From: Takakia lepidozioides | Taxonomy: Eukaryota; Plantae; Bryophyta | DNA length: 64,000 nt | Direction: 5' to 3' | Assembly (NCBI GenBank): GCA_030704615.1 | Contig: CM060733.1 | Span: forward strand, 23,436,001-23,500,000 | Shown: piece after piece, positions 1 to 12,842 of the stretch | How the letters are laid out: each line of letters opens with the position of its first letter | Position numbering within the stretch: position 1 is the first letter of the stretch | Notes under the pieces: model-generated | What the model saw: the letters and a program-made list of their open reading frames with translations, nothing else | The model's database searches: none | Told to the model about the DNA's origin: nothing | Translations under genes and position numbers: made by a program

Positions 1-1944
1 AGTCAAGACTCCACCTGTAGCCAATCCCATGATAGGTAAAGGATGCAACTGTGGTGTAGGGGCGTTGAATGAAGCACACAACCCTGTCACACACCATGCA
101 CCTAGCAACAAACTGTTGCACCTCTGTATGCATACCACGCCACCAATACTGCCCTGCAGTAAACTGTGAGTGCGTCGCACTCCAAAATGCCCCAACTCCT
201 CATGGGCATGCCGCACTAACCGTGCACGCTGTGTGGGGTGAGGCACAATCCTCACCCGACCATCCTCCCACACTCAAAGTAGGTGTATCCCCTCCCACTT
301 GAACTCTTGGCTCGTTGCAGGATCGATCCCTCTCCTGGCAGTCACAATGGCTGCCGTGTCTCCCGTGCGGAGGTAGTCCCACACAGCCAAATCCTCATGT
401 ATATCTCTGGCACCACCTAGCTCATCACTAGCCTCAGGGTCCTCAGACACTCCGTCTACAGTCATCCCTGTTGTAGGTCCAATCTGACCTCCCGATGCCA
501 AGATACACAAAAATGCAGATGCGTGCCATCCTGGCACCATCTCCTCGTCCGTCACCATGCCACCGAGCTCCAGTGTCATCCTGCTGGCTCATGCATGGAT
601 TGCGACTCAATCCATCCGCATCCCGATTGACCAAACCGGTCGATGCACAACTGAAAGTCATACTCCTGGAGTATAAGTGCCCATCGTGCAAGCTTCCCCG
701 TAAGCTTGTCTGACTCCATCAACCACTTGAGTGGCTGGTGATCCGTGACAAGGGTGAAAGAGATTGCCGTATAGATAGCCCCTGAAGTGTGCCACGGCCC
801 ACACACTGCAGCTAAGCACCTCCCTCATATGAGCTGACTTAGCCTCTGCAGCGTTGTTCGAGCGGCTAGCGTAAGCCACTACGAACTCTCTTCCCTCATC
901 ATCCACCTGTGTGAGCACCGCTCCAAGCCCCAGCATGCTCCAATCCGTATGCAGCTGAAAGGGACGCCCCCTGATAGGTCGTCTCAAGATAGGCGCCGAG
1001 GTCAACCTCGCCTTGAGCTCTTGAAAAGCTCGTTCCTGCTCATCTTCCCACTGCCACTCCTGGTCCACCTTGGTCAGCTTGGTTAGAGCCTTTGCAATGG
1101 TACTAAATCCTTTGACAAACCGTCTATAATAGTTTGCCAACCCCATGAAAGCTCGAACTGGCTCACATCCGTGGGGCGTGGAATTTGTGCAATGGCCTCT
1201 ACCTTAGTCTGCTGTACCCCCAATCCTCCAGGATATATCATGTGACCCAGATACTCAATCTGGTTGTGGAAAAACTTGCACTTCCCGGATGCAACTTCAA
1301 TCCGTGCCCTCTCAAGCGCTCCAATACCACCTGAAGGTGTCTCTCATGCTCCTCCATCGTAACACTAAGATGATGATGTCATCTATGTAGCACCGAGCAA
1401 AGTCCACCCCTGCTAGAATCCTATCCATGACTCTCTGAAACTCTGCAGGAGCATTCTTAAGCCCAAATGGTAAGAACCGCCACTGATATAGGCAATCCTT
1501 GCCGTGCTCATTGATCCCCCAGAATGCCGTCTTCTGCTTGTCCGCCTCCTTGATTGGCAACTGGTGATATCCGGATCGTAAATCCAAAGTGCTAAAGGCC
1601 TTAGCATGCCCGATGGCATCAAAGATCTCCTCTGGTGTTGGCATGGCATACTTATCGGACTTGGTCTGACGATTTACAGGCCGGTAATCACCGCACATAC
1701 GTCTCTCCGTCCAATTGCCATAGACATCCTTCTTGGCTGGCATCACTGTGGCTGAAGCATACTCTCCACCAGAGAGCTCCACCAAACCTGCCTCCCAGAG
1801 ATCTTGAGTCCTCATCTGAATCAAAGACCTCTCCATGTCACTGTATCTATAGGGTCTCCGAAAGATTGGCGTGTCAGTGGCCAACTCAATACGGATCTCT
1901 TGACCCTCAGTGCTCCCAGTCCCTTCAAACTGAAGGCAAAGCAA
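1..1944 (-). pseudogene. Gypsy pol: reverse transcriptase, RNase H and start of integrase (frameshifted)
   Basis: RT: [33 protein letters not shown] (ORF 1312-1944). RNase H: LHTDWS..GLGAVL, VAYASR, TDHQPL. Integrase zinc finger HFGVRRT...CMVC read from about 1-190. Confidence 0.9.
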
Positions 1945-2379
1945 TTCCTGTAAGCCCTCAGGAACCGCCGTATACGTCGTCTCTCTCCTCCGGTGACAAT
2001 GGGTCCAATGTCAGGCTCCCAATTGTCCTCCGTAACTACAACCTTAAGTCCAGTGGGCTTAGAGGTAGAGGACGCGTCCCATGGTTGCTATGGCAACCTC
2101 TTGAGCAGTACTCCCTACCTGCTCAGTCAATGACAAGGCATCATCCTGCCCCATCATCTCATCCTTGAGGACCTCCTCAACTCGAGAAGAATCCCCAACC
2201 TCATCCATCACAGCCGCCTTGGCTGCCAACTCCCTCTGAACCTCGAGCACCTCCCCGTGTGCCATGGATGCATGCACCCCGTGGTCCTCAATGCTCGCCC
2301 CCACTCACTGCCTGTACCGTCTCGGTAGGCAGAGACCATTGAGGGAAGTGTATTCCGCACTCTGCGTTGCTCAGCTAGA

Positions 2380-3340
2380 GCCAAGCTGATAATCCAGGTC
2401 AAGCAATTGAGATCCATTGCTTGCCCAACACTTGACGACGTGATGCCTCAGAAAGAGACGACACCGCCGTGGTACCAGTGGTAAAACCCATTGCCTCGCT
2501 CACGCTCGTCAGCATTAGGCTCCACTAACTGCTGCAACTGAGCATCCCACAGGAGGCCAGGTCCACTATCCCGGAAAGCATGCGATCCTGGGAAGCTGAG
2601 CAGTGTAGGTAATGCTGCTCGTGGTTGACCCACCTTGTTGACCACTGCCAAAGGCGAACGGTCATCGTGTCTCACACGTTGAGACTGCCTCCCTGTGTCC
2701 AGAATGTATCCACTGTGAGATGTGCTGGCCGCTGCACCCATCAAATGCCACGCTTGAGCAGTGCGGGTGGCATCATGTTAGTCCACCATAGCCGTGGACG
2801 ATGAGCCCGTGACCCCACTGTAGCTGCATCCAGCAACACTGCTGACCCAAGCCACGACCGGACTTGATGCACACTGGCCATCACCCTGGCCCGAGAATTG
2901 CCCATCAGTGGCACATTCTCCAAGATGTATGCTGGAGATACAGCTTGATGAAGCTGCAAGTGGCGCAAAACCCGCACCATCTCCCAAAACAGACCCGACC
3001 TCGAGTCTGCAATCCATTGCCATGCCCGGCTGATGAATGCCCTTGGCAGGGCCAACCTGCCACTACCAGATCAATGGAGCCAACCCGCTCCAAATCCTGC
3101 GCCCCCAGCAACGAAATGTCTGCTGGCAAGGCCTGCTGATATCCACGAATTGCAGACACCGACAACAACTCAGGGTACCGCTGCACCAACTGAGCAACAT
3201 GGCGAAGTGAAACGCGTCGTGCAGTCTCATCCCTCTCCACATACAGGTAACGCCGAACTCGTACACCTGCCTGTAACACAGCAGCCAATCCGGTGCTGAT
3301 CCCGCCAAACAAGTCCAGAAGACAAATGCCTTCATCCGGA
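2380..3340 (-). pseudogene. DNMT3-like C5-cytosine methyltransferase domain within Gypsy pol (frameshifted)
   Basis: Motif I LLDLFGGIS; IV VVAGWPCQ; DSRSGLFWEMVRVL; VI YILENV; VIII DAATVGSRAHRPRLWWTN; IX-like EPNADERER; X-like RRQVLG. All in canonical order across ORFs 2905-3405, 2741-3055, 2448-2744 and the sequence near 2420. Confidence 0.9.
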
Positions 3341-3604
3341 GACTGCCACACAATAGGTGTGGTGTCCAATGGAGACAATTGAGGTGGTCCTGGTGCAATC
3401 CCCACACTCTCCTCCTCTCCTGACGGTACAAAGCCTCCACCCAGGCTTGTTGCACCCGTCGATCAGCATCCCGCTGCAAATCCTTGCTCGTGCCCCACAA
3501 TGGAGTCTGAGCAACCATGGTAGCAACTCCGCCATACCATACATGTCATCCTGCTCTCCCGGAGGTGGTACATCCCTGAATGAGCATTGCCCTCAAGCAA
3601 CTCT

Positions 3605-4224
3605 CTAGGCCAACTCACTGCCGCTGTGAATGCTGCTAGTGTCGGCATCTTGCCTCGCTGGGCAACCGCAACTCCTCCTATGAACGTCACAGGGAGCTGC
3701 ACACGCCGGCCCTCCCTGACTGCCATGCAGGCCTATAGGAAGCTGACTCCTCCCAAAATCCAGGGTGAAGCCCATGGGGTACAACACTGCCCCACCAACC
3801 AGGACATCGTATGAGACTGCGTCTGTCACAATGGCCTTGGCTCGCATCACTGAGCCATCTGTAGGGTGATCCGGCCGTAGTCTGATAGCCAACTCATGCC
3901 GTGTCATGCCCCGAGCCTGCTCCGATCCTCCAGAGACGTCTGTATCTGGAAAGGACAAGGCTCCATATCCGCCTCCGTGAGGCCCAAGCCTGCAATAGCA
4001 GCTCTGCCCAGCATCAGTGGCTGAGCTCCCGAGTCCAACAAGACTCGCAGTGGCCGGTACCTCTTGCCTGCCGGTCCACTCAAACAGAAAATGCCATCCT
4101 GGTTGTCTAACATGACAACTCCAGGTGTCACCATGGCGCGCTCAATGGCTGGCCTAGCTGGCAGCTCCATCAACCTGGCAGCTGCAGCTTGCCATGGCGC
4201 CGCCGTGGCAGTCTTGACCCTCAA
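3605..4224 (-). pseudogene. Retroviral-type aspartic protease of copy A
   Basis: VLLDSGA catalytic motif followed by YDVLVG. Confidence 0.8.
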
Positions 4225-4443
4225 ATCCGGATCCCTCCGGCACTACACCTCCCACTATCTCCGCAGAAGATGAAGTAACCTCCCCACTCTCACAGAGTGT
4301 AGCTGCCAGCCTGAACACCTCAGCTGGTCTTACCCCCGGCGTCGCAATCATGGTAGCCGAGAACAATGGAGCCTGGCACACAGATGTGGCCGCTCCTAGC
4401 AGCACACTAGCTGCCGTAGCCTTGGCAACACTAGGTAGTGGTG

Positions 4444-6243
4444 CTACCCGTGTAGCTCTCCCCAATGGCATAGTAACCTCCGCCTCGGTAACAGTCGGCG
4501 AGAACTAGGTGCCATGGATGGCGTCGACACTGTCTCCGCCAATGTGAATGACTGAGGAAGCCTAGCCTGACGGCTTGCCTCCCCACGCTGTGGATCCAAC
4601 TCCACCTCTGCACCTCGTGGCTCAGGAACTCGTGCTGCTCCTCGAGTCACGGCTGCAGCAGACTCCACCTGCACTAGTGGTAGTGCTGCTCCACACATGA
4701 ATCCCATGCCTCCCATATCTCCTCCCTCAGGAGCAGGAGGTGGACCATCCGGCCTTAGAGCCGGTACCACCTGAGCTGTAGCCATGGCAGCGAGCCTCTG
4801 CTCTAGCTGCTGAAGCCGGTTGGCCATGCCTTGGTCAACACCCTGACCTCCGCGTCCTTGGCCACGTTGAGCTTGCCCTTGGCCTGCACCTTGTGGCTGG
4901 CCACCTCGTCCCTCTGGGGCTGCTCCACCTCGCCCCCGGCCACCATTGTTCCCTTGGAACTGGCCTGGGCGCAACTCAGGATGCAAACCATAACACTGAG
5001 CCTCTCCATGCCCGTGTTTGCCACAATGCCCACACTGTAACTGTGCAGGCTGTGCATGTGCCGGCCCTTTGCCTCCCTCTGGACAATCCTTCTTGACATG
5101 GGGTCCTCCACATGTCCAGCACACCACATCCGCCCGTTGTTGGCCAGCAAATGAAGGTAGAGACCCCTGCATCTGAGGTCCTCTCTGCCCTTCCCTGAGC
5201 TTCACCTGAGCCCCCTTGTTGCCTTGAGCACGTTGAGGTGGTGGTTGGCTAGGAGCACCACTACCCCGTGGTGTCTCCTTAGCAAATCCCACCATGACCA
5301 CTCGTTCCTCCACCATGTTGAGCTCTATCCGCTCTGCCAGCAAAAACACATTTGCTAAGGTGGGTTGGGCGCTTGTAGGAGAGTTGCATCCCGCACCCTT
5401 CTCCTCAGCTCCTTGTCCAATATCCCATACCAGAATTGGACTGCCTGAGCTTCCGTAACCCCTTGGGTTACATTTATCAAGCGCCTCATGCGAGTGAAAG
5501 CCTCCCTCAAGCTCTCGGTCGGCTTCCGTTGGAACTCTTTAAGCTCCGCAACTTCTCTGTCCTCACCCCTTGGTAGTTCCCTCTCAACTCTTCGAAGAAC
5601 TCCACGACAGGGTTGAAAGGCAGGCACGGGTGCTAGTGCTGGTGCGGTAGTGGCTTGGGTGGACGTCGTAGCTACTGTACCCACCAGTCCCACTGCTGCT
5701 TGCTGAAGCTGCCGGTGCAGCGGCAGGTGTAGCCACTGCCCTCGTGGCTCTAGTGCCCCTAGTGATGGAGACATAGTCGGGTGACCAGTACATCCTCCAC
5801 TCCTCGATCTCAACCTCATGCCCCCGCCTGAACTCATGGTAATCATCCATAGGCGGCCCCTCAAGGTGCTGAAACAGCCCTTTCCATGCCATGAACGGCG
5901 TAAATAGTTGTGGATTGCGCATTTGCTGCAAATCACACCAACTATCAAACTCTTGGATAAAATCATCCAACTCAATGGTGCCCACCGCCCCAGAGTACCT
6001 TCGTGGCCCCTTGGTAGCTCCATACATCTCCTCCATTGTGTCCCACAACAATGGCAAAGAAACAACTTGCACCGCCGGTATGAGCCCTCCTGATTCACAA
6101 TCCGAATCAGAACCTTCCGTGGAAGACACAGGAGGTGAAGGTGGCCTAAACCGCACACCTCGTCTCGTGTACCCACTAGTATCACTAGTGCTCAAACCGG
6201 CACTGTCCCCAGCAACTAGTGGCACCTCCGTGTTGACACTCAA
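4444..6243 (-). pseudogene. Gag of copy A with two zinc knuckles (frameshifted)
   Basis: Capsid-like DDFIQEFDSW and FQRKPTESLREAFTRM; knuckles CWTCGGPHVKKDC and CGHCGKHGHGEAQC. Confidence 0.85.
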
Positions 6244-6949
6244 CCGGTCATGAACATGTCCCTAACCCCCTCTCCACAAGGTAACCGGGTAGAGAACCTG
6301 TTGCGGCTTATGGTTTGGAATACTAAGTTCCTAACATAGCCTACACCTGTACCTGCATCCACCGCAAGCACTCCTATGGTTGGCTGGTCATCACCTCCAA
6401 CCTCACCACAGGAGAAACAATGATGGTCTGGCTGGTCATCACCCCAGCCTCACCATCGACAGCATGCTCTAGGACTGGCCGGTGATCAAATCCGGACCAA
6501 TCACCTATAAAAACAAGCGCCCACACAAAACTAGCATGGCGCACAGTCAAGCATGCAGGTATGGAGGGGGCCCAAACACAAGAAATCCGAACGACAACTC
6601 CCCCACACCAAAAACAACTCCACGGTGTTGCTCCTGCAAGGACACCCAGCCCAAACCCGGACTGACTCTTGCCTCCACCTACGGAAAGGTCTTGGCCTAA
6701 TGAGAGGGTGGAAACTACGAGGAAGAGAAGCTAAAGCAATGCCTAACCCCAGCATGCTCTCATCCCAACACTCTGCCTCTCCTCTCTATCCTCACTTGCA
6801 TGACCATGGGAATATCATGAAGATACTCCTCAAATCGCCCTCCACGAGCTTCAAAATTCGGCCTTCCAGACCACATGCCAGTCCTTAGGCAGTCCACCAG
6901 TGCCTCCACGAGTCAGCACAGGCCGTCCACAGGTCAACACGGGCCACCA

Positions 6950-8830
6950 CAGACCAGCACAGGCCCACACAGCTCACTGGTCAGGCCGTCACAGTCCCAC
7001 AGGCCACTGGGCACAGCCTGTCAAGCCCCTCACAGCCTGTCACAGCCTCAAGGCCTCAGGCACGGCCTGTCACAGCCCATCACAGCCCGTCACAGCCCAA
7101 AGGCCTCAGGCACGGCCTGTCACAGCCCCTCACAGCCCGTCACAGCCCCAAAGGCCATGGGCACGGCCTGTCACAGCCCCTCACAGCCCGTCACAGCCAT
7201 TACAGCCCCAGAGGCCTCAGGCACGGCCTGTCACAGCCCCTCACAGCCCGTCACAGCCCCAGAGGCCATGGGCACGGCCTGTCACAGCCCCTCACAGCCC
7301 GTCACAGCCCCAAAGGCCTCAGGCACGGCCTGTCACAGCCCCTCACAGCCCGTCACAGCCCAAAGGCATGGGCACGGCCTGTCACAGCCCCTCACAGCCG
7401 TCACAGCCCCACAGGCCTCAGGGCACAGCCTGTCACAGCCCCTCACAGCCCGTCACAGCCCCAAAGGCCATGGGCACGGCCTGTCACAGCCCGCACAGCC
7501 CGTCACAGCCCCAAAGGCCACTGGGCACAGCCTGTCACAGCCTGACACAGCCCGTCACAGCCCCACAGGGCACAGGGCACAGCCTGTCACAGCCCCTCAC
7601 AGCCCGTCACAGCCCCAAAGGCCTCAGGCACGGCCTGTCACAGCCCCTCACAGCCCGTCACAGCCCCAAAGGCCTCAGGCACGGCCTGTCACAGCCCCTC
7701 ACAGCCCCTCACAGCCCCAAAGGCCTCAGGCACGGCCTGTCACAGCCCCTCACAGCCCGTCACAGCCCCACAGGCCTCAGGCACAGCCTGTCACAGCCCA
7801 TCACAGCCCATCACAGCCTCAAAGGCCATGGGCACGGCCTGTCACAGCCCGTCACGGCCTCAAAGGCCTCAGGCACGGCCTGTCACAGCCCCTCACAGCC
7901 CGTCACAGCCCCAAAGGCCATGGGCACAGCCTGTCACAGCCTGACACAGCCCGTCACAGCCCCACAGGGCACAGGGCACAGCCTGTCACAGCCCATCACA
8001 GCCTGTCACAGCTGCCACAGCCTGTCACAGCCCGTCACAGCCCGTCACAGCCCCAAAGGCCACTGGGCACAGCCTGTCACAGCCTGACACAGCCCGTCAC
8101 AGCCCGTCACAGCCCCAAAGGCCTCAAACGCGGCTGTCACAGCCCCTCACAGCCCGTCACAGCCCAAAGGCCATGGGCACGGCCTGTCACAGCCCCTCAC
8201 AGCCCGTCACAGCCCCAAAGGCCATGGGCACGGCCTGTCACAGCCCCTCACAGCCCGTCACAGCCTCAAAGGCCTCAGGCACGGCCTGTCACAGCCCATC
8301 ACAGCCCATCACAGCCTCAAAGGCCATGGGCACGGCCTGTCACAGCCCCTCACAGCCCGTCACGGCCTCAAAGGCCTCAGGCACGGCCTGTCACAGCCCC
8401 TCACAAGCCCGTCACAGCCCCAAAGGCCATGGGCACGGCCTGTCACAGCCCCTCACAGCCCAAAGGCCATGGGCACGGCCTGTCACAGCCCCACAGGGCA
8501 CAGGGCACAGCCTGTCACAGCCCATCACAGCCCATCACAGCCTCAAAGGCCTCAGGCACGGCCTGTCACAGCCCCTCACAGCCCATCACAACCCCAAAGG
8601 CCATGGGCACAGTCTGTCACAGCCCCTCACAGCCCCACAGGCCTCAGGGCACAGCCTGTCACAGCCTGACACAGCCCGTCACAGCCCCACAGGGCACAGG
8701 GCACAGCCTGTCACAGCCCATCACAGCCTGTCACAGCTTGCCACAGCCTGTCACAGCCCGTCACAGCCCCACAGGGCACAGGGCACAGCCTGTCACAGCC
8801 ATCACAGCCTGTCACAGCTTGCCACACATG
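6950..8830. repeat. Tandem minisatellite of ~10-bp TCACAGCCC units in ~59-bp higher-order blocks, upstream of copy A gag
   Basis: Continuous cacagccc/cacggcc reiteration. It explains the spurious 657-aa and 395-aa repetitive ORFs. Confidence 0.95.
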
Positions 8831-10684
8831 GCCGCTCTGGCAGTTTAGCCATTTCTCCAAGGGGTTTAGCCACGCCAAGCTAGGGTTTGTGTCTCTTGGA
8901 CTCTAGGCTTCTTTCCACCGAGCTATGGTGGCTGTGAGGAAATCAGCAAGGTATCCTTGCTCTTTCGGCTCCCACACACCACCATAGTAGCCCTAAGCCA
9001 TGAGGTGGTTGCCACAAACCAAGCCTTCTTTCTCACTTGGCCTACCCAAACACGCCACTAAACTCAATGGCAAACAACCAAGCCCTGCTGGTTCCCAGCC
9101 CTTGTGAGCACTCATTCAAGCACTCTCCTTGGCCATAGCATCTGTCTTAGAGCCTATTCCAGCCCTCTACACCTGTTGCTTCAAGAGTTGCGCTCCTTCA
9201 AGCTTGAAGTTGAAACCCCAACTCACATAGGCCCTACAAGTGCTGTTCTTTCACTCCAAGTGGAAACCAGCCCTAGACCTTCCGTTCTAGCTCTCTAAGG
9301 CTTGAAAACAAGAGCCTCAATGGGCTGAAGGCATGCTCCACACATGCCCCACTCTCACCATAAGAGAATCAGCTCCTTTGCTTCATTTCTTGCACCCACA
9401 AACCTGATAATACAAGCTTCAGCAGGCTGAAAGCATGCTCTACATGCCCTATAGGGAAACCAGCCCCTTCCTTCCTTTCTTGCACTCCCACACCTAAAAG
9501 TGCAAGCCTTCACCAGGCTGATAGCATGCTCCACACATACATTGCCCTCACATAAGGGAAGTCAGCCCTTCCCTCTTCCTTGCTTGCCCTCCAAGCTTGA
9601 AGATGGAAGCTTCAATGAGCTGAATACATGCTCCACACATGCAACCTCTTCACACAAGAGATATCAGCCCCCTATCTTGGCTCCTTGCCTCCTTGATGCT
9701 CTCTAAGACAAGACTAAGCACTCCATAGCCTTTGCCAAGCTCCTGAAACCCTAAGGCTTACATTTCCAGCCACAAGACACTTCTCTTGTGGTGCAAGAAC
9801 TCTTCTTCCAAGCTCTGAAACCCTAGGTGCACATTCCATGGCCTTGCCGCACCTCTTAGCTCCTGTTCCAGCCCTGCTCTTGCCATGACAAGAGCCCTCT
9901 CAATGCTGAAGCTCGAGATTGAAACCCAATCTCACCATACTCCACAAAGTGCACTGATTTGCCCCAAGCAAAATCAGCCTTTTCGCTTGGTCTTGCAATC
10001 CTTCACACAATGAAAGCTCGCATTCCCAAGTCCAGTTCTCAGCTTTGCCACCAAAGCCACTATAACCTGCTCTTGACTAGTCCTCTTCCCAATCGTGTTT
10101 GCTCATGCATGTACACAATCTGGAACCATCAAGGTGCTCTGGAATTACCTGCAGCATGGTGCTTTCATCTCTGAAGCTGAAGATCGAATGCCAAGGTCTA
10201 CCACCTCGTAACCCACATCGCCTCCGCTTCTAACAACTAAGAGCTCCACGGTGCTCCTTGCATAACAACTTGGTTTCTCTCATTCTCAAGCAAAAACCAC
10301 AAGTGCTACAACTAACTCGTATCCGGCACTCACAGATACGAGCTGATCTTTCTCGAGTGATAAAGAAGAGCAATACAAGCACAAGCTCATGCGAGCTCAC
10401 AAAGCTGAAGCATAAACTCATGCATATATAACCTCATCACTCAAATACAAGTCAAGCCAAGTGCACCCCACGCCATGGGGAATCCACACTACGGCGCCAT
10501 AGCTAGGCGCGGTGAGGCTCAACTCGAGAAAGATGAGCCTCCCGCGCTTGCCGTGAAGATAACCACTCCAGGGCCTAAATCTGCCTTGACCCCTGGATTG
10601 ACACTTGGGCCAATCCCAAATGTCAATATGTAAAAGCTAGCTATTTCCTAGCTAGTTTCACACTAGTGGTAAAATAACTTGACA

Positions 10685-11323
10685 CCAACTTATGCTTAGT
10701 GTGCTTGTCCTCAATACAAGACAATAGATCTTGTTGAAGCTGAGTGAAGTTCGGAGTTGCACGGATCTGAATTGTTTCAACAGTATTTGCAAGTGCCTTG
10801 TTGATATCATCGATTTGAAGCCTCTACAGCGTTTCAGGTGCAACTGCAATTGAACCATTGAGACTGCGAGGGTGGGGGATGATATCTACATACCTTCCCC
10901 TGAACGGAAGATGTGGCTTATTTTTCCACAGATTGTATACAGTTGCATTTTTGCAAGTAACAGGCAATGTACCTGCATGTAAGATTGCCTCGCCTAGAGG
11001 TGTGTTACTGAAGTATGTGGCGAGAATGTTGTCAATACCAATGAGGCACTGGATGGAAGCGAGGACGTCTGCCTGGGGAATCATGATGCGGATCTTCTTG
11101 ACAAGAACTGTGAGAGCATCTTGTTCAACATTTCGCTCTTTGGTGGAAACTGTCGCTCCACTGATACTGGGCGTTCGAATTAGCACTTTCAGAATCTCAT
11201 TGTTGTGTCTGACCATGTGTTTCAGGGCTTTGGCACGCAAATCCTCAGATGTTGTATGGAGGAAAGCGAAGTTTGAAGATGGACTGGGCCCCAACGTAGA
11301 GGAGCTCTAGTTCGTCTCCAGCC
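10685..11323 (-). pseudogene. Coding-like fragment of unknown, probably TE, origin between two LTR starts
   Basis: Protein-like ORF 10824-11294 continues past one stop codon; no motif recognised. Confidence 0.3.
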
Positions 11324-12810
11324 TGTCAAGTTATTTTACCACTAGTGTGAAGTTAGCTAGGAAATAACTAGCTTTTATATATTGACATTTGGGATTGACC
11401 CACGTGTCAATCCAGGGGCCAATGCATGTTTGGGCACCTGGCATTGTTATCTTCACGGCAGATCACGGTGGGCTCATCTTTCTCGAGTTGAGCCTCACCG
11501 CGTCTAGCTATGGCGTCGTAGTTTGGATTCCCCATGGCGTGGGGTGTACTTGGCTCGACTTAATATATGAGTGATGTTTTCATGTGCAAGTATGTGAGTT
11601 TGAGAGAGCTTGTGTGCTTGTATCATTCCTTTCGTTAACACTCGAGAAAGATGAGCTTGAGTCTGTGAGTGCCAGGTTCGAGTTGTTTTGTAGCACTTGT
11701 GTTTTCATGAGAAGCAGTTCAGCCTAGAGTGCAAAGGCGAACAAGTTGCAGGTTTGCCATGGATAGAGAGGCAGGTAGCCTATGTTGAAGAGCGGCATTG
11801 CATAGCTCAACGCTATGGCAACCAAGTTTGGGCTTCTAATGTGAAGCGGAGGAGATGCTGGCCACGAGTGGGCGAACTGGTGGTCGTCTTCTTCAGCTGC
11901 AAGCCGAGTTAAGGAGCTGCAGGAATGTGGGCTATGCATGGGAAGCTAGCGTGTTGCAGGTTGGAGATGATATGATCAGCCCGAAACTAGTTGTTGCGGG
12001 TAGATGAGGAGCAGCCGAATGGTGGAGCTGCGAGGGGATTTATCGCAGCTCGTTGGGAGCTTCAGCTCCAAGCTCAGGAAGAGGTATGAGTGAAGAGAGG
12101 GGGCTGGTCTCTCTTATGTGCAAATCAGTGCACTTGTGAAACATGTGCTGAGTTGGAGTTTCAATCTGAAACTCAGCAGTGTAAGGGCTCTTGGAGTGGC
12201 AAGAGCGGGGCTGGAAGGGCAGCAACGAGGCGCCCTAGAGCCAGGGGATATGCATGAGAAGTGCAGGTGCACCAAGTTTGTAAATGTGTGTATTTTCAGA
12301 TTCGTTTTTGTGAGCTTCATGAAGAAATGGAGCTTGTTGGGCAGCATATTGCTTGCTTGTTGAGTTTAGGGTGCCTCTGGTGGGTTGTGAGAGCCCAAGA
12401 GAGCATGGCAGCAGGCTTGGTGGCCTCGCAGAAGCCATAGCTCAGCGGCAGCAGGTGCAAGAGCAAACCCCAGCTCGGGGAGAGCTCGGGAACACGTGGA
12501 AACGCCTCGGGAACGCATGGGAACTCGTTGGGAGTTCCAGGGCACGCAGGGAATAGTGGCCGTGATGGGCCGTTGGGGCGGGATCACAAGATACCCCAGG
12601 TCGTGATGGTTGACCGTGACCGTTGGAAGTCGTGGTGCGGACACAACGGGTGGGCACGGTGACCAGATCGTGGGGATGACGGGCCGTGAAGGCTCGTGGG
12701 CGTGGTACCATGGGGTATCACGAGGCAGCCCGTGGCCAACGAGCGCCTAGGGCAGGCCGTGAGGAGTAGTGGCGGTTAGAGCCACGGAAGGCCGCGAACA
12801 GTCAGAGTGA

Positions 12811-12842
<32 letters not shown>

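Larger units (their letters stand above)
1..10684 (-). mobile_element. Ty3/Gypsy LTR retrotransposon carrying a C5 DNA methyltransferase (copy A; runs off the left edge)
   Basis: Minus-strand domain order is gag-PR-DNMT-RT-RNaseH-IN. The LTR starts with TGTCAAGTTATTTTACCACTAGTGTG at 10684, and the same start recurs at 11324 (+) and 63933 (+). LTR 3' boundary and PBS not resolved. Confidence 0.9.

Noticed and set aside
2380-3340. Host DNMT3/DRM gene
   Set aside because: It has no introns or host regulatory domains, is embedded between protease and RT, and recurs in a second TE copy.
6875-8883. 657-aa, 395-aa and 236-aa plus-strand ORFs
   Set aside because: They are translations of a stop-poor tandem repeat, antisense to the retroelement.
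10617-11391. Stand-alone TIR element or MITE around the 156-aa ORF
   Set aside because: The inverted homology extends far outward and belongs to two oppositely oriented LTRs.
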